64,000 nt of DNA from Candidatus Latescibacterota bacterium. Its GTDB lineage: Bacteria; Latescibacterota; UBA2968; UBA8231. The translations under genes and the position numbers were made by a program. Under the pieces are notes generated by a model. That model was given only the letters and a program-made list of their open reading frames with translations, did no database searches and was not told the DNA's origin. Each line of letters begins with the position of its first letter. Positions within the stretch are counted from its first letter, which is position 1. The stretch spans positions 1,216,001 to 1,280,000 of the forward strand of contig CBDCXV010000001.1 in assembly GCA_965223905.1 (NCBI GenBank). The letters run 5' to 3'. Positions 53,697 to 64,000 of the stretch are shown in pieces.

Positions 53697-53726
53697 GGGC
53701 TGGTTCTGCCCATCCGGCATTATCCC

Positions 53727-53915
53727 CTCACTTGTTCGCCGCGGCTTTGGGAAGTTCCCGCACGGCGGCGCGGGTCCGCTGCTCGGCTGTAGCGAGATCA
53801 AACTGGGTCTGGAGGTTTATCCAGAATTGAGGCTCGACACCGAACCAGTGCCCGAACCGCAGCGCGGTATCCCCGGTCACGGAGCGCTCGGATGTACTTC
53901 GGTCGGTCGAATCAT
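53727..53915 (-). pseudogene. higA: Internally deleted HigA antitoxin, not in the ORF track
   Basis: GGAGG RBS, MIRPTEVHP, then out of frame VTGDTALRFGHWFGVEPQFWINLQTQFDL. Confidence 0.8.
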
Positions 53916-53947
53916 TGTGCTGCGCCCTCCATACTTGGTCAGATGGC

Positions 53948-54281
53948 TATTCTCCGTACATCTCTCCAATAAGGCGCCTGAGTTGGCCGGCTGCTTCGGC
54001 AGACAATTTGTCGATCTGGTCCTCAGTCGCTGCTTGCTGATGGTGCGGATCTGGTCCACGGCAATTTCAGCTTTCTTGCTCGCGCATTGGATTTGCAGCC
54101 GGCTCCGCCACTGAGGATGCAACGCGTAGGTGAGAGGACAGACGACAACGGTATCGAGGAACTGATTCATCTCATTCTGACCGACCACAACCACCGGCCG
54201 CACCTTGCGGATTTCCCCTTCCACGGTGGGATTGAGATCGGCAAAGTAGATGGCGTATCGCTGCGGAAAAGCCGCCATCAA
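53948..54281 (-). pseudogene. PemK/MazF toxin with a 1-bp frameshift near the C-terminus
   Basis: LNPTVEGEIRKVRPVVVV..CPLT..DQIRTISKQRL; natural tail IDKLSAEAAGQLRRLIGEMYGE* is in another frame. Confidence 0.8.
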
Positions 54282-54520
54282 TCGAGACCATCGGCGACCG
54301 CGGTGTCGAGATCGCTCCAGTCTTCACGGTCGGATGCCATTGCGCGGTAGGTTTCTTTCCAGGAGAGCTTGTTCTTTTCGTTGCTGTAGAGGAAGATTCC
54401 CTCCTCGGTTTCTTCGAGGAGAAGGGAGTCTCCCCAGCCGTATTTTTGCAGCAGGATCTTTGGGATGCGGATGCCCTTCGAGTTGCCGATGTCGATCAGT
54501 TTGATATCTCTGGTTGCCAT
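54278..54520 (-). CDS. AbrB/MazE antitoxin
   Basis: IGNSKGIRIPK; coupled to the toxin gene. Confidence 0.9.
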   Translation of the reverse strand: MATRDIKLIDIGNSKGIRIPKILLQKYGWGDSLLLEETEEGIFLYSNEKNKLSWKETYRAMASDREDWSDLDTAVADGLD

Positions 54521-54549
54521 TGCCTGGAGTTTCTCCTGAAAGAAACACT

Positions 54550-54583
54550 GTAATTCCAGTAATTACTTGTTGAGTGGTGTCAA
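54550..54583 (-). promoter_or_regulatory. Promoter/operator of the AbrB-PemK module
   Basis: TTGACA at 54583-54578; imperfect palindrome GTAATT..AATTAC at 54550-54566. Confidence 0.6.
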
Positions 54584-54585
54584 GC

Positions 54586-54657
54586 CTGCCAGCGGATGCG
54601 CTCCATCCAGGCGAAGGCGATTTGTGCGCCGTCGGCTTCGGTGACGTTGATGGTCAT
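54586..54657 (-). pseudogene. Older degenerate hsdR 5'-end stub
   Basis: MTINVTEADGAQIAFAWMERIRWQ versus Hsd[24 protein letters not shown]. Confidence 0.65.
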
Positions 54658-54739
54658 GGTCCCACGCTAACCCAGGTTCGAATCGTTTATTCGGTCACAC
54701 TCCGGGAGTCATCCCGCAGAGGCGGGCTTACCCCGGATG

Positions 54740-54994
54740 GTCATTGCCACCAGGTCCAGGTCGCTCCCCCTCATGGCTCTCGCCATAGACCCGGCTGCCC
54801 AGTGCCCAGACCTCAGGGGCACATGCTCACGCAGCAGTCACAGCCTCGCCAATGATCTCGAACTCGCGCTCTACCGCGGCTCGCAGCATGGCGTCGCGCT
54901 GATAATCGTCAAAGGTCTGTCCGGTAACGAATTCATCCAATAAGCGCGCAGCTTTGTGGATGTCATACAGGTATTTCCGAGCTTCAAGCCGCAT
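54740..54994 (-). pseudogene. Truncated HepT/DUF86 toxin joined to a degraded MNT fragment
   Basis: MRLEARKYLYDI..RAAVEREFEIIGEA, then LLREHVP/EVWALGSRVYGESHE/SDLDLV. Confidence 0.75.
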
Positions 54995-55292
54995 AGAGCC
55001 GTGTCCTGGTCTCTTCGACTCGTTGACGGAAGAAGGGGTTCTTTATGGCGGAATCAACGACGAGGTCCACAGGATGCCCGAAGAGGGATTCCAGAGCCTC
55101 CAACAGCCCGAAGTAGGCGTCGGCATAGGCTCGAAAAGCCTCCGGCCGAAACTCCACCACGAAGTCCAGGTCGCTCTCCTCCGGGCGGTGTTCGCCGGTA
55201 ACAGCCGAGCCGAAAAGGTCCAGCCGCGACACGTTGTAGCGGACGCAAAGCTGTTCCAGTTCGCCGACCCGTTTCTCGACAATAGGTATCAT
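54984..55292 (-). CDS. MNT (MntA-like) nucleotidyltransferase antitoxin
   Basis: LDLFGSA..SDLDFVVEF..VDLV..KNPFF. Confidence 0.9.
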   Translation of the reverse strand: MIPIVEKRVGELEQLCVRYNVSRLDLFGSAVTGEHRPEESDLDFVVEFRPEAFRAYADAYFGLLEALESLFGHPVDLVVDSAIKNPFFRQRVEETRTRLYAA

Positions 55293-55331
55293 CGGACGCT
55301 CTCCTGATAAAGAGGTCTCTCTATCCCATAT

Positions 55332-57073
55332 TCACTGCTTGAATGGCCGATACTCGACCAGTGCCGACCGTCCCACGATTTCCACGATTCGCGCGGTCAT
55401 CTCGACGCCATTGACATCGGTGAGCCTCAGGTCTTCCCCAGGTGCAAAATGCACCGGCTGCTGCTGGCCCTGGTTGATGGCGATGTTCGAGGCGTAGAGA
55501 TAGGTCCGGTCGAGGGTGTCTCGTTTAGGATTCAGACGCCCCTTGAGCCCGGGAATGTCACCGGTTGCCTCGGGAAGAATCACCGCGCCGCCGCCGGAAA
55601 GGGGTTTGAGTTCCACGGCCAACGCACCATCCCCCGGGACCCACCCAAGTTCAAGGTGTGCGGCAAAGCCCTTGTCGGCGACGTACACCGTCATGGGAAG
55701 GTCCGTCGCGTACAAGTCCATCGCCGCTTCTCCGTTCGCGTCTGTCATGGCTCGTTTCCAAGTGTTGTTGGGAAACAGCGCCAGTAAATCGGCTCCCGCG
55801 ACCGGCCGATCATCTCGACGAACCGTCACCGCGACAGTGGCTGGCGTGGCATTCGTGGCCGCGGCGGGAAGCGTCAGGAAGAGGTCTGACTCAGCAAGAA
55901 TCCAATACTTGGCGGTTTTCCCGCTCAACGCCTCGGTCTCGCGCAGGATAATGGGAACGCCATCGCCGCGACGCTCCATGAAGAATTGACGCTTTTCGGA
56001 CCCGGGAATGTCGCCAACGGGCATTCGTCCGAGCGCGGATGCGATGGTTTCGTTGCGCGTCGCTTGCCGAGCTGCCATGCTGTCGATGGTGAGATTGTTC
56101 GCCAGTCCACCCGGCGAATTGATTTCTATGCGGTCTGCAAACATGGACATTCGAATTCGGCTGCCGCGGATCGAATAGTCCCGATGAGCGACGGCATTCA
56201 CCATCGCCTCGAAAAGTGCTTCGGCACTGTACTGAGGAAGGTCCATGCGGGCAGGTTTCTTGTACGCCCCAACGCGCATGTTGCGCATCACAAAAGCCAT
56301 TGCGTCCGCCACCTGCTGGTTGATCGGACCCGTGATGATCCGCGCATCCAGTTGGCCGGATGCCCGGTCCTTCCCGCGATAGTGGGTCGCGGTAACGCAA
56401 GCGTTGGGAAGCCACTGCTCGGGGGTGTGGGTACACAGGAGAATCCCCGCCACGGTGGCTCTCACTGCGCCGTTCTCATCCCTGCCCAACAGCGCGAGTT
56501 TTTCCAGTGCCGTTTCGGGACCGGCCCGGCCGCTCGCGCTGAGCAGCGGCTTCCAAAGTGTTTCCTCCAGCGTGCGGAACCCGGTATTCGGAACGGGCTG
56601 CTCGTCGAACCAGCGATAACGCGCCTGGCCGCGCTGTTGAGCCAATCGCATTCGCTCGTCGCTGGCCATCTGGCGTTTGGAACTACCGACGCGCCGGAAG
56701 CTGCCACCCGGACTGTCGTACTGCGCGGTGCCTTTGGCTACTGAGACGGCCAACAGTGCTTTGTCGTCGAGTTTGTGGCGGGTAATGGCTACGTCGAAGA
56801 GCGGTGGCTTGATCGAGTGGGAACACAACTCGACCACCATGCGTTCCAAAGCGTTCATTTGTTCTCGCGACATGCCCTGTACTTCACCGGCGTCGGTGAC
56901 ACCACAGAGCAGCACACCGCCGCCGGCATTGGCAAAAGCCGCTATTTCATCTGCCAAGTCGTTTCGTTTTGGTGCCGTCGGACGGTCGGCCCGGAACTCG
57001 ACCTGCTTGAACTCCCAGTAGCTGTCCTCACCTGAATCCAGTTGGCGTTTGATATCGTCCGTGTTCATTCGGA

Positions 57074-57077
<4 letters not shown>
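55332..57077 (-). CDS. Schlafen/AlbA_2 + HATPase_c_4 (RecG-C-like) protein with atypical beta-rich C-terminus
   Basis: [23 protein letters not shown]; [27 protein letters not shown]; ATGA overlap with the hsdM stop. Confidence 0.85.
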
Positions 57078-58675
<1,598 letters not shown>

Positions 58676-58700
58676 TGAGATGATTTCTTGCGTTTGTAAC

Positions 58701-59228
58701 TCAACGTCTCAGCTTGCGGTACTCCTCGCACGACTCAGACAATGAAGGCGGGACGGGTGACCGGAGTTCTTGGATCTCATGGCACATCCGGAACAGTTCG
58801 TCTGCAAAGGAGCGTTGCTCTTTCGGTTTCCGGCGGGGATACCTCTCATTTTCGATAACAGATTCGCCGTCAAGGTAGGCAAACCAAGTCTCTATATTCC
58901 GTCGCGGAACGAGGATGATCACAGGTTCTTCCGTTTTTCTTGGATCTACCTTTTGGATCGTGCACTCATCGTCAAGCTGAGATCGGCGGAATTGAGTCGT
59001 ATGCTTGTCCGCGTCGATGGCGACGATCAGGAAGGCGTTTTGCCGGCTTCGAATCGCCTTCAATTGGTCGGGATACTTCTCACGAACCCATTGCTCGCCG
59101 GATCGGGATCCATGTGGAATCGGAAACGTTCTGATGTCGTGAGGTGTGAATTGCCGCCGGCGAAGAAAACGGCGTACGAACGTGTCTGTCGCTGCATCCT
59201 CGCAGAGCAGGACGATGCGGACGCTCAT
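58701..59228 (-). CDS. TOPRIM-like protein (DUF4276/RloB/AriB-like)
   Basis: VLLCED, IVAIDAD, NIETW; ATGA-coupled to the ATPase. Confidence 0.7.
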   Translation of the reverse strand: MSVRIVLLCEDAATDTFVRRFLRRRQFTPHDIRTFPIPHGSRSGEQWVREKYPDQLKAIRSRQNAFLIVAIDADKHTTQFRRSQLDDECTIQKVDPRKTEEPVIILVPRRNIETWFAYLDGESVIENERYPRRKPKEQRSFADELFRMCHEIQELRSPVPPSLSESCEEYRKLRR

Positions 59229-60331
59229 TCCCAGCGTCTTGCTATGGTTTCAGACAGGGACAGGCCATCTACCGTATTGTTTGGTTTCTTGCTCACCCGC
59301 ACCGGGCCGTCTCCTTCGCGAAAGAACCATCTGCCGTTCGCGCCTGCCATGTAGTCAATCGTCACGGGGTGATGGGATGCGACGACAACCTGTCCCAGAG
59401 ACTCGCCGGCTTGCTCCGCTGCTTCCGCGAGCCAAGGCTGTACTTCCCCAAGGGCGAGGTAGTTGTCGGGTTCGTCGACAAACAGCGAAACCTGCCCTTC
59501 CGAGGAGAGGTGGATCAGGCTGTACATGGCGATCAGGGCCCGTTGACCATCCGAGAGCTGATCGAAACCGTAGCGGACTGGCTCGGAGGACGGGCCTTTA
59601 AAGATTGCCTTGAGGGCGCGGGAGTTCTCTCCGGATTCCGTCAAATTGATCGAGTCGAAACCAGGGAGGGTTTCGCGAAGTGCCTCGAACAGCGAAAAAA
59701 TGGAGCGCATATTTTCCTGTGCAGCGCGGCGGTACCAGCCGACGAAATTCTGCATCAAAGGATCCAGGAACTCGTCCTCGGTTCTCGTTTCGGGTGCCAT
59801 TATCGCCGGACAGCAGCTGACGACTATGTAGTTGCCAATCTCTTTTTTGAACCGAGTCAGCTTCTTATTGTCGGTCCTTTCGTTTAGGAAGCTAATTCCG
59901 GACTGCGACCAATCGAAGGGATATGATGGGCCTTTGGAGTAATCGTCGTGGTACAGTTGCGCGTCACCATTTTTGAATGCAAAGATCGGGTTTCCGTCGT
60001 GTTCAAGCGTTTCTTCCCAGACTCGCATCCTATTGCGAGGGACGTCATGCTCAACCATCAGGGAGTAACGGTAGGATTCTTCGTCGATCCGGGTTTCGAT
60101 TTCGAATCTTTGTTCGTTGCGTTGTCCGTACAGGGAGATGTCCCGGGCAGGGAACACGGTATCCACTTTCCAGCCCCGAACGATCAGGTTCTGGATATTC
60201 CTGAGCACGTTCAGGACTGAGGTCTTGCCTGTTCCGTTCCGCCCCAGAAAGACGTTCGTCTGGTCGAGATCCAAGTCGAAATTTTCCAGACAACGGAAGT
60301 TGTCCACGTAGAGTCTTGAGAGCACGGGCAT
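59225..60331 (-). CDS. ABC-type ATPase (AAA_15/AAA_21)
   Basis: VDNFRC, GRNGTGKT, LSDGQR, FVDEPDN, ASHHP. Confidence 0.9.
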   Translation of the reverse strand: MPVLSRLYVDNFRCLENFDLDLDQTNVFLGRNGTGKTSVLNVLRNIQNLIVRGWKVDTVFPARDISLYGQRNEQRFEIETRIDEESYRYSLMVEHDVPRNRMRVWEETLEHDGNPIFAFKNGDAQLYHDDYSKGPSYPFDWSQSGISFLNERTDNKKLTRFKKEIGNYIVVSCCPAIMAPETRTEDEFLDPLMQNFVGWYRRAAQENMRSIFSLFEALRETLPGFDSINLTESGENSRALKAIFKGPSSEPVRYGFDQLSDGQRALIAMYSLIHLSSEGQVSLFVDEPDNYLALGEVQPWLAEAAEQAGESLGQVVVASHHPVTIDYMAGANGRWFFREGDGPVRVSKKPNNTVDGLSLSETIARRWE

Positions 60332-60436
60332 TCACCTTTGTCGGTAGGACTTGCCGGTCCGCTGATGTGACCGTCTGATTTCAAGGTGGCTTGGATGGTA
60401 TTCACCTGTCAAGAAGCCTTGGACTTCCTTTTGCCT

Positions 60437-62052
60437 TCAAGGCTGGCCCTTGAAGCGGCGGATGCCGGTGCGCGGCACGAAGCCGACTTCGGGTGAAAAA
60501 TCCTCTGCGACGTCGAGGTGGCTCAGTCTGGTCTCGAAGCGGCTCCGGCGGTAGTCGAGCTCCAGCAGGCCGGCGCCGTCGCCCCCCTCCGCCGCGGGGG
60601 TCCAGGTGCCGGCGGCGAAGCCGCGCAGGTTGAGGGCGGCCTGCAGCAGCGACAGGGAGAAGTCCATTCCGGCGGTGCGGTTGTAGTCCGCGTCGGAGCC
60701 GGGCTGCTTGTCGATGGCGATCAGGCCGAGACTGGAGCTCCCCGGCAGGTCGCGCTTGAGCCGCAGGACGGTGAAGTCGGTGCGGGCAACGTCCAGGGTG
60801 TCGAGGACGTCCACCTGCAGGGTATCGACGATGGCCTCCCCGCTCAGCTCGGCCTGATCCTCGTCAAGGAGGTCGGCGTCCGCGGTGAGGAAGCGGTCTT
60901 CCTCCTCTTCGTCGACGAAGGTCATGGCCTGCGTCGTCATGCGCAGGGTGCCGATCTGGTAGGGTCCTGCCCGGCCGGTGAGCTTGCCCCCGGCGAGCAC
61001 GGGCAGGTTGTGCCCCTCCTCGATGCCGATGCGGCGGCTGTAAAACATCAGGGTGGGAGGCCGTCCTCCCAGGCCCTGCCTTTCGACCCGTTCCCCGAAC
61101 TCGAAGATGCCGGCCCCTTCGAGGAAGAAGTCCCGTTTTTCCGGAAAGAAAAGGTTGAAGCGGGTGAGGTTGACCTGCTCCTGGTCGGCCTCCACCTGGG
61201 CGAAGTCCGTCTTCCAGGACAGGTCGAGGGTCAGCGAGGGAGTGAGGCCGTACTTGAAATCGAGGCCAGGGTCGAGGTCGTATTCATTGGAGTCGTCTGC
61301 GGCGTAATCGCGCCGGGCGCCGCTCAGTACGAAGGGGACGACCGCCATGGGCGGGCGGCTGCGGAGCCGGCCCAGGCCCTTCAGCACCGCCAGGCGCGAG
61401 GTGCGGTAGCGCCCCCAGTAGCCGTACGACTGGGGCGGCGGCACGAGGAAGACCTCCTCGTTCCTGCGCCGGATGGCGCGGCCGATGTTGATTCCCCACA
61501 CCGCCTCGTCGCTGTCGGGGTAGCGCACCTGGTCCAGAGGAATGGCGACCTCGGCGCTCCAGCCGAGGCTGTCGATGCGGGTGCGGCTCCGCCAGACGCT
61601 GTCCCAGGCCTGGTTGCGGGTGCGGCCCTCGTCGGTGGGCAGCAGGTCCTGGCGCGCCCCCAGGGGATTGGTGCTGAAGTAGAAGCCGCCGCCGCGGTCG
61701 TTGTAGGGGTTGAGGATGATCTGGATGTTGTCGTTCTCCTCGAGGTCGGCGTCGCGCCGCATCTGGTTGGCCACCAGGCGGCCGGCCTCCCTGTCGAAGC
61801 AGCGCACGGCGAAGTACAGGTGGCGGTCGTCGAAAAGGACGCGGACCTCGGTCCGCTCGCTGGGCGGGGCTCCTTCGACCGGCTCCCGCTGGAAGAAGCC
61901 GGCCGTGACCGGGGCCTGGCTTCAGACCGGATCGTCGAGGCGGCCGTCGATGCGCGGGGGCGAGGGGGTGCGGGCGGCCTGGACTACGGGGGGCTCCCCG
62001 GCCTGGACCGGAGCGGCGAGCAGCGCCAGGAGAACGGCGCTTTTGAGAATGG
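60437..62052 (-). pseudogene. DUF5916/CBM9-like outer-membrane protein, with a nonsense codon and 3' truncation
   Basis: PRIDGRLDDPV*(TGA for W) at 61922; WSAEVAIP, DFAQVEAD, FFPEKRDFFLEG, FYSRRIG; ends at the RM island boundary. Confidence 0.8.
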
Positions 62053-62064
62053 AGGACCGCGTTT

Positions 62065-64000
62065 TTACGGTTGTGGTCTGGAATTGGTGGCTGAAAATCT
62101 TTGTCTGATTTCGGTCACTGCAATCATGATCTCCGTGGGCAGGGGTTCTAGTTCTTCGCCCAGTTCCGCCCTTATGGCGTGCCACAGAGGCTCCATCGAT
62201 TCTGCCAGACCCGTAGCGTCCAGAATGTCCTTGACACGTGGTCCATGGCCAGCGGCGACCGCGCGGATAAAGAACTCAGTCAAACCGGTTACCTCTTGTT
62301 TCTGCGAATCGCTCCTGGTTATGCGCAGGGCGTGTTCGAGCTTGCCCAGCGCTTCCGTCCATTCGCCTCGACCGGCCAGGACATTGGAGAGCGTCCGCAA
62401 CGCATCCGGGTTTTCTGGGGCCAATTCCACAGCACGTCGGGCATGCTCAAGGGCTTCGGGAAGACGCTCGGTGTCGTTCTGGTGGAGGATAGCCTGCGTC
62501 CAGACGATCCATGATTCGCCACAGTCGGGATCGAAATCCGTCGCAGTTCTGCAAGCGGATTCCGCTTCTCCATTCCTTCCCTCCAGATTCAATGTAGCTG
62601 CTACGGATGCCAGCCCCTCGGCGGTCATGCGGCGCAACTTAATCGGGTCGTCTCGATGTATGTATTTCCGGGCCAATTGGGATGATGCGCTCAAAAGGTC
62701 GTGGTTTCCCAGCTCGTACTGAACCATTCCTCTGATACTTGCCGCCGTGACTGCCAGGTGGCGCATTGGCGCCGAATCGCCTTTACGGACGTAGTCGGCA
62801 ACCCGTTCCCAGACACCAGCGGCCTCTTTGTACCTGCTTTGGTCGGTAAGAATGCTACCGTTGGCAGACAGAGCGTTGACGACTATCCGCCGCAATTCCT
62901 CCGAGTCGTCAGGACGGACATACCTGGGAACCTGTTCCCTTGCAATGATGGCCTCTTCATCCCGGCCTAGTTTTTCAAGAAAACGGCCTTTATCCTCGAT
63001 TGCCATGGCCGCCGTCCGGCGCAATTCCTCCGGGTCGTCCGTGCGAATGTGTTCCGAGGCCCGCTGCCAGACCGCGATAGCCTCCTCTTCCCGGTTCAGT
63101 TGGGCGAGAAAGCTGCCGCTGATCCTGGCCGCCGCGGCGGCAGCACCCCGCAGCTGTACCGAGTCATCCGAATCGACATACTCGGAAGCCAGCTCGAAGG
63201 TAGCAATTGCGTCTTCACGCTTTTCCAGTTGCACGAGGGCCGTCCCCTTCCCGACCAGAGTCGCAAAGGTCAGAATGCGTAACTCTTTCGGGCCATCCTT
63301 GGAGACTTGCTCCAGGACGCATCCATAGGCAGCTACCGCCTCTTCGAAGCGATGTTGCGAGGCTAGAACAGAACCGAGGCCGAACCAAGCTGCAAAGTGG
63401 TCGGGCTTAATCTCCAAGGCCTTCCGAAGCGCTGCTTCCGCGTCTTCAAAACATCCGGCCTGGTTAAACTTTAGGGCGCGCTTCATCCATTCTTCGAAAT
63501 GGCTTGCCTTTTCGTTTTCTGCGAATTCCTCCCGTATGGTCTGGACAATGGGAGCGTTCGGACCGACGCGGTCGGCAACAATGGCCAGCGCTTCGCGCTG
63601 CCAGTCTTCGCGCCCCTCGAAGTGTTGATCACCCGCGACGTGCGGAGCCAGAACGCCCAGCCACTCGGACAGGGCGGTGGCGTCCACGCCATCGGCACGC
63701 AACGCGGTCAATGCGGCGGGGTACATCGTCCTCATACCGGTCGGGCCGAAAAGGTCGTGAAGGAACGCGACGAGCCGTTCGAGACGGTCGCGTCCTGTGC
63801 GTGAGAAACGCAGCAGGTAGTAGATGTTGTAGAACCGGTCGCTGACCTCGTACCGCGCCCGCTTGGCGCCGGGGAGCCGGACTTCTCGCGCATAGCCCTT
63901 TTCCAGAAGTTGCTTGAGCTGGGCGCTGGCGTGTGATGAACTCAGCTTCGCGGCCCCGGCCACCTCCTTCGCCAACATCGGCTTCCACCCCTCCGAGAGA
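62065..64000 (-). CDS. C-terminal part of a wHTH + TPR protein (probably NTPase-wHTH-TPR; start outside window)
   Basis: SAQLKQL..GY..YEVSDRFYNIYYLLR; TPRs and about 45-aa repeats with D.P.ELR. Confidence 0.75.
   Translation of the reverse strand, partial: LSEGWKPMLAKEVAGAAKLSSSHASAQLKQLLEKGYAREVRLPGAKRARYEVSDRFYNIYYLLRFSRTGRDRLERLVAFLHDLFGPTGMRTMYPAALTALRADGVDATALSEWLGVLAPHVAGDQHFEGREDWQREALAIVADRVGPNAPIVQTIREEFAENEKASHFEEWMKRALKFNQAGCFEDAEAALRKALEIKPDHFAAWFGLGSVLASQHRFEEAVAAYGCVLEQVSKDGPKELRILTFATLVGKGTALVQLEKREDAIATFELASEYVDSDDSVQLRGAAAAAARISGSFLAQLNREEEAIAVWQRASEHIRTDDPEELRRTAAMAIEDKGRFLEKLGRDEEAIIAREQVPRYVRPDDSEELRRIVVNALSANGSILTDQSRYKEAAGVWERVADYVRKGDSAPMRHLAVTAASIRGMVQYELGNHDLLSASSQLARKYIHRDDPIKLRRMTAEGLASVAATLNLEGRNGEAESACRTATDFDPDCGESWIVWTQAILHQNDTERLPEALEHARRAVELAPENPDALRTLSNVLAGRGEWTEALGKLEHALRITRSDSQKQEVTGLTEFFIRAVAAGHGPRVKDILDATGLAESMEPLWHAIRAELGEELEPLPTEIMIAVTEIRQRFSATNSRPQP

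Noticed and set aside
61922-61924. TGA=Trp recoding
   Set aside because: TGA is a normal stop in many genes here, and this gene is also truncated

Overview
GC-rich bacterial accessory region with no rRNA, tRNA, CRISPR array or intact integrase/transposase visible. The gene repertoire suggests Ca. Latescibacterota or a related lineage (inference): DUF6785-like permease, FlgD-Ig proteins, a TAVE..SWG..K tail protein, PhyH dioxygenases and an ECF sigma-TPR fusion. Three zones: (1) 1-25 kb, a minus-strand cluster of secreted/membrane proteins resembling a glycan-uptake locus, then catabolic genes and pseudogenes among IS3, IS66, ISAzo13 and IS4 remnants and several MITEs with intact terminal repeats; (2) 25.7-44 kb, metabolic genes (FAD oxidoreductase, PhyH x2, Gfo/Idh/MocA, gdhA, PIG-L deacetylase, GH5, CobB, K+ channel) with three toxin-antitoxin (TA) modules and a decayed DUF4091-like gene; (3) 44.3-60.4 kb, a type I restriction-modification (RM) defence island. 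In the island, HsdS is fused to an MNT nucleotidyltransferase and coupled to a HEPN-like gene. The operon also carries an ABC-ATPase/TOPRIM pair, a Schlafen/AlbA protein with an atypical C-terminus, DUF2806 and at least six TA modules or remnants. Several TA cassettes are flanked by 50-110 bp leftover copies of hsdR gene ends. All product calls come from motif recognition only; no database searches were run.
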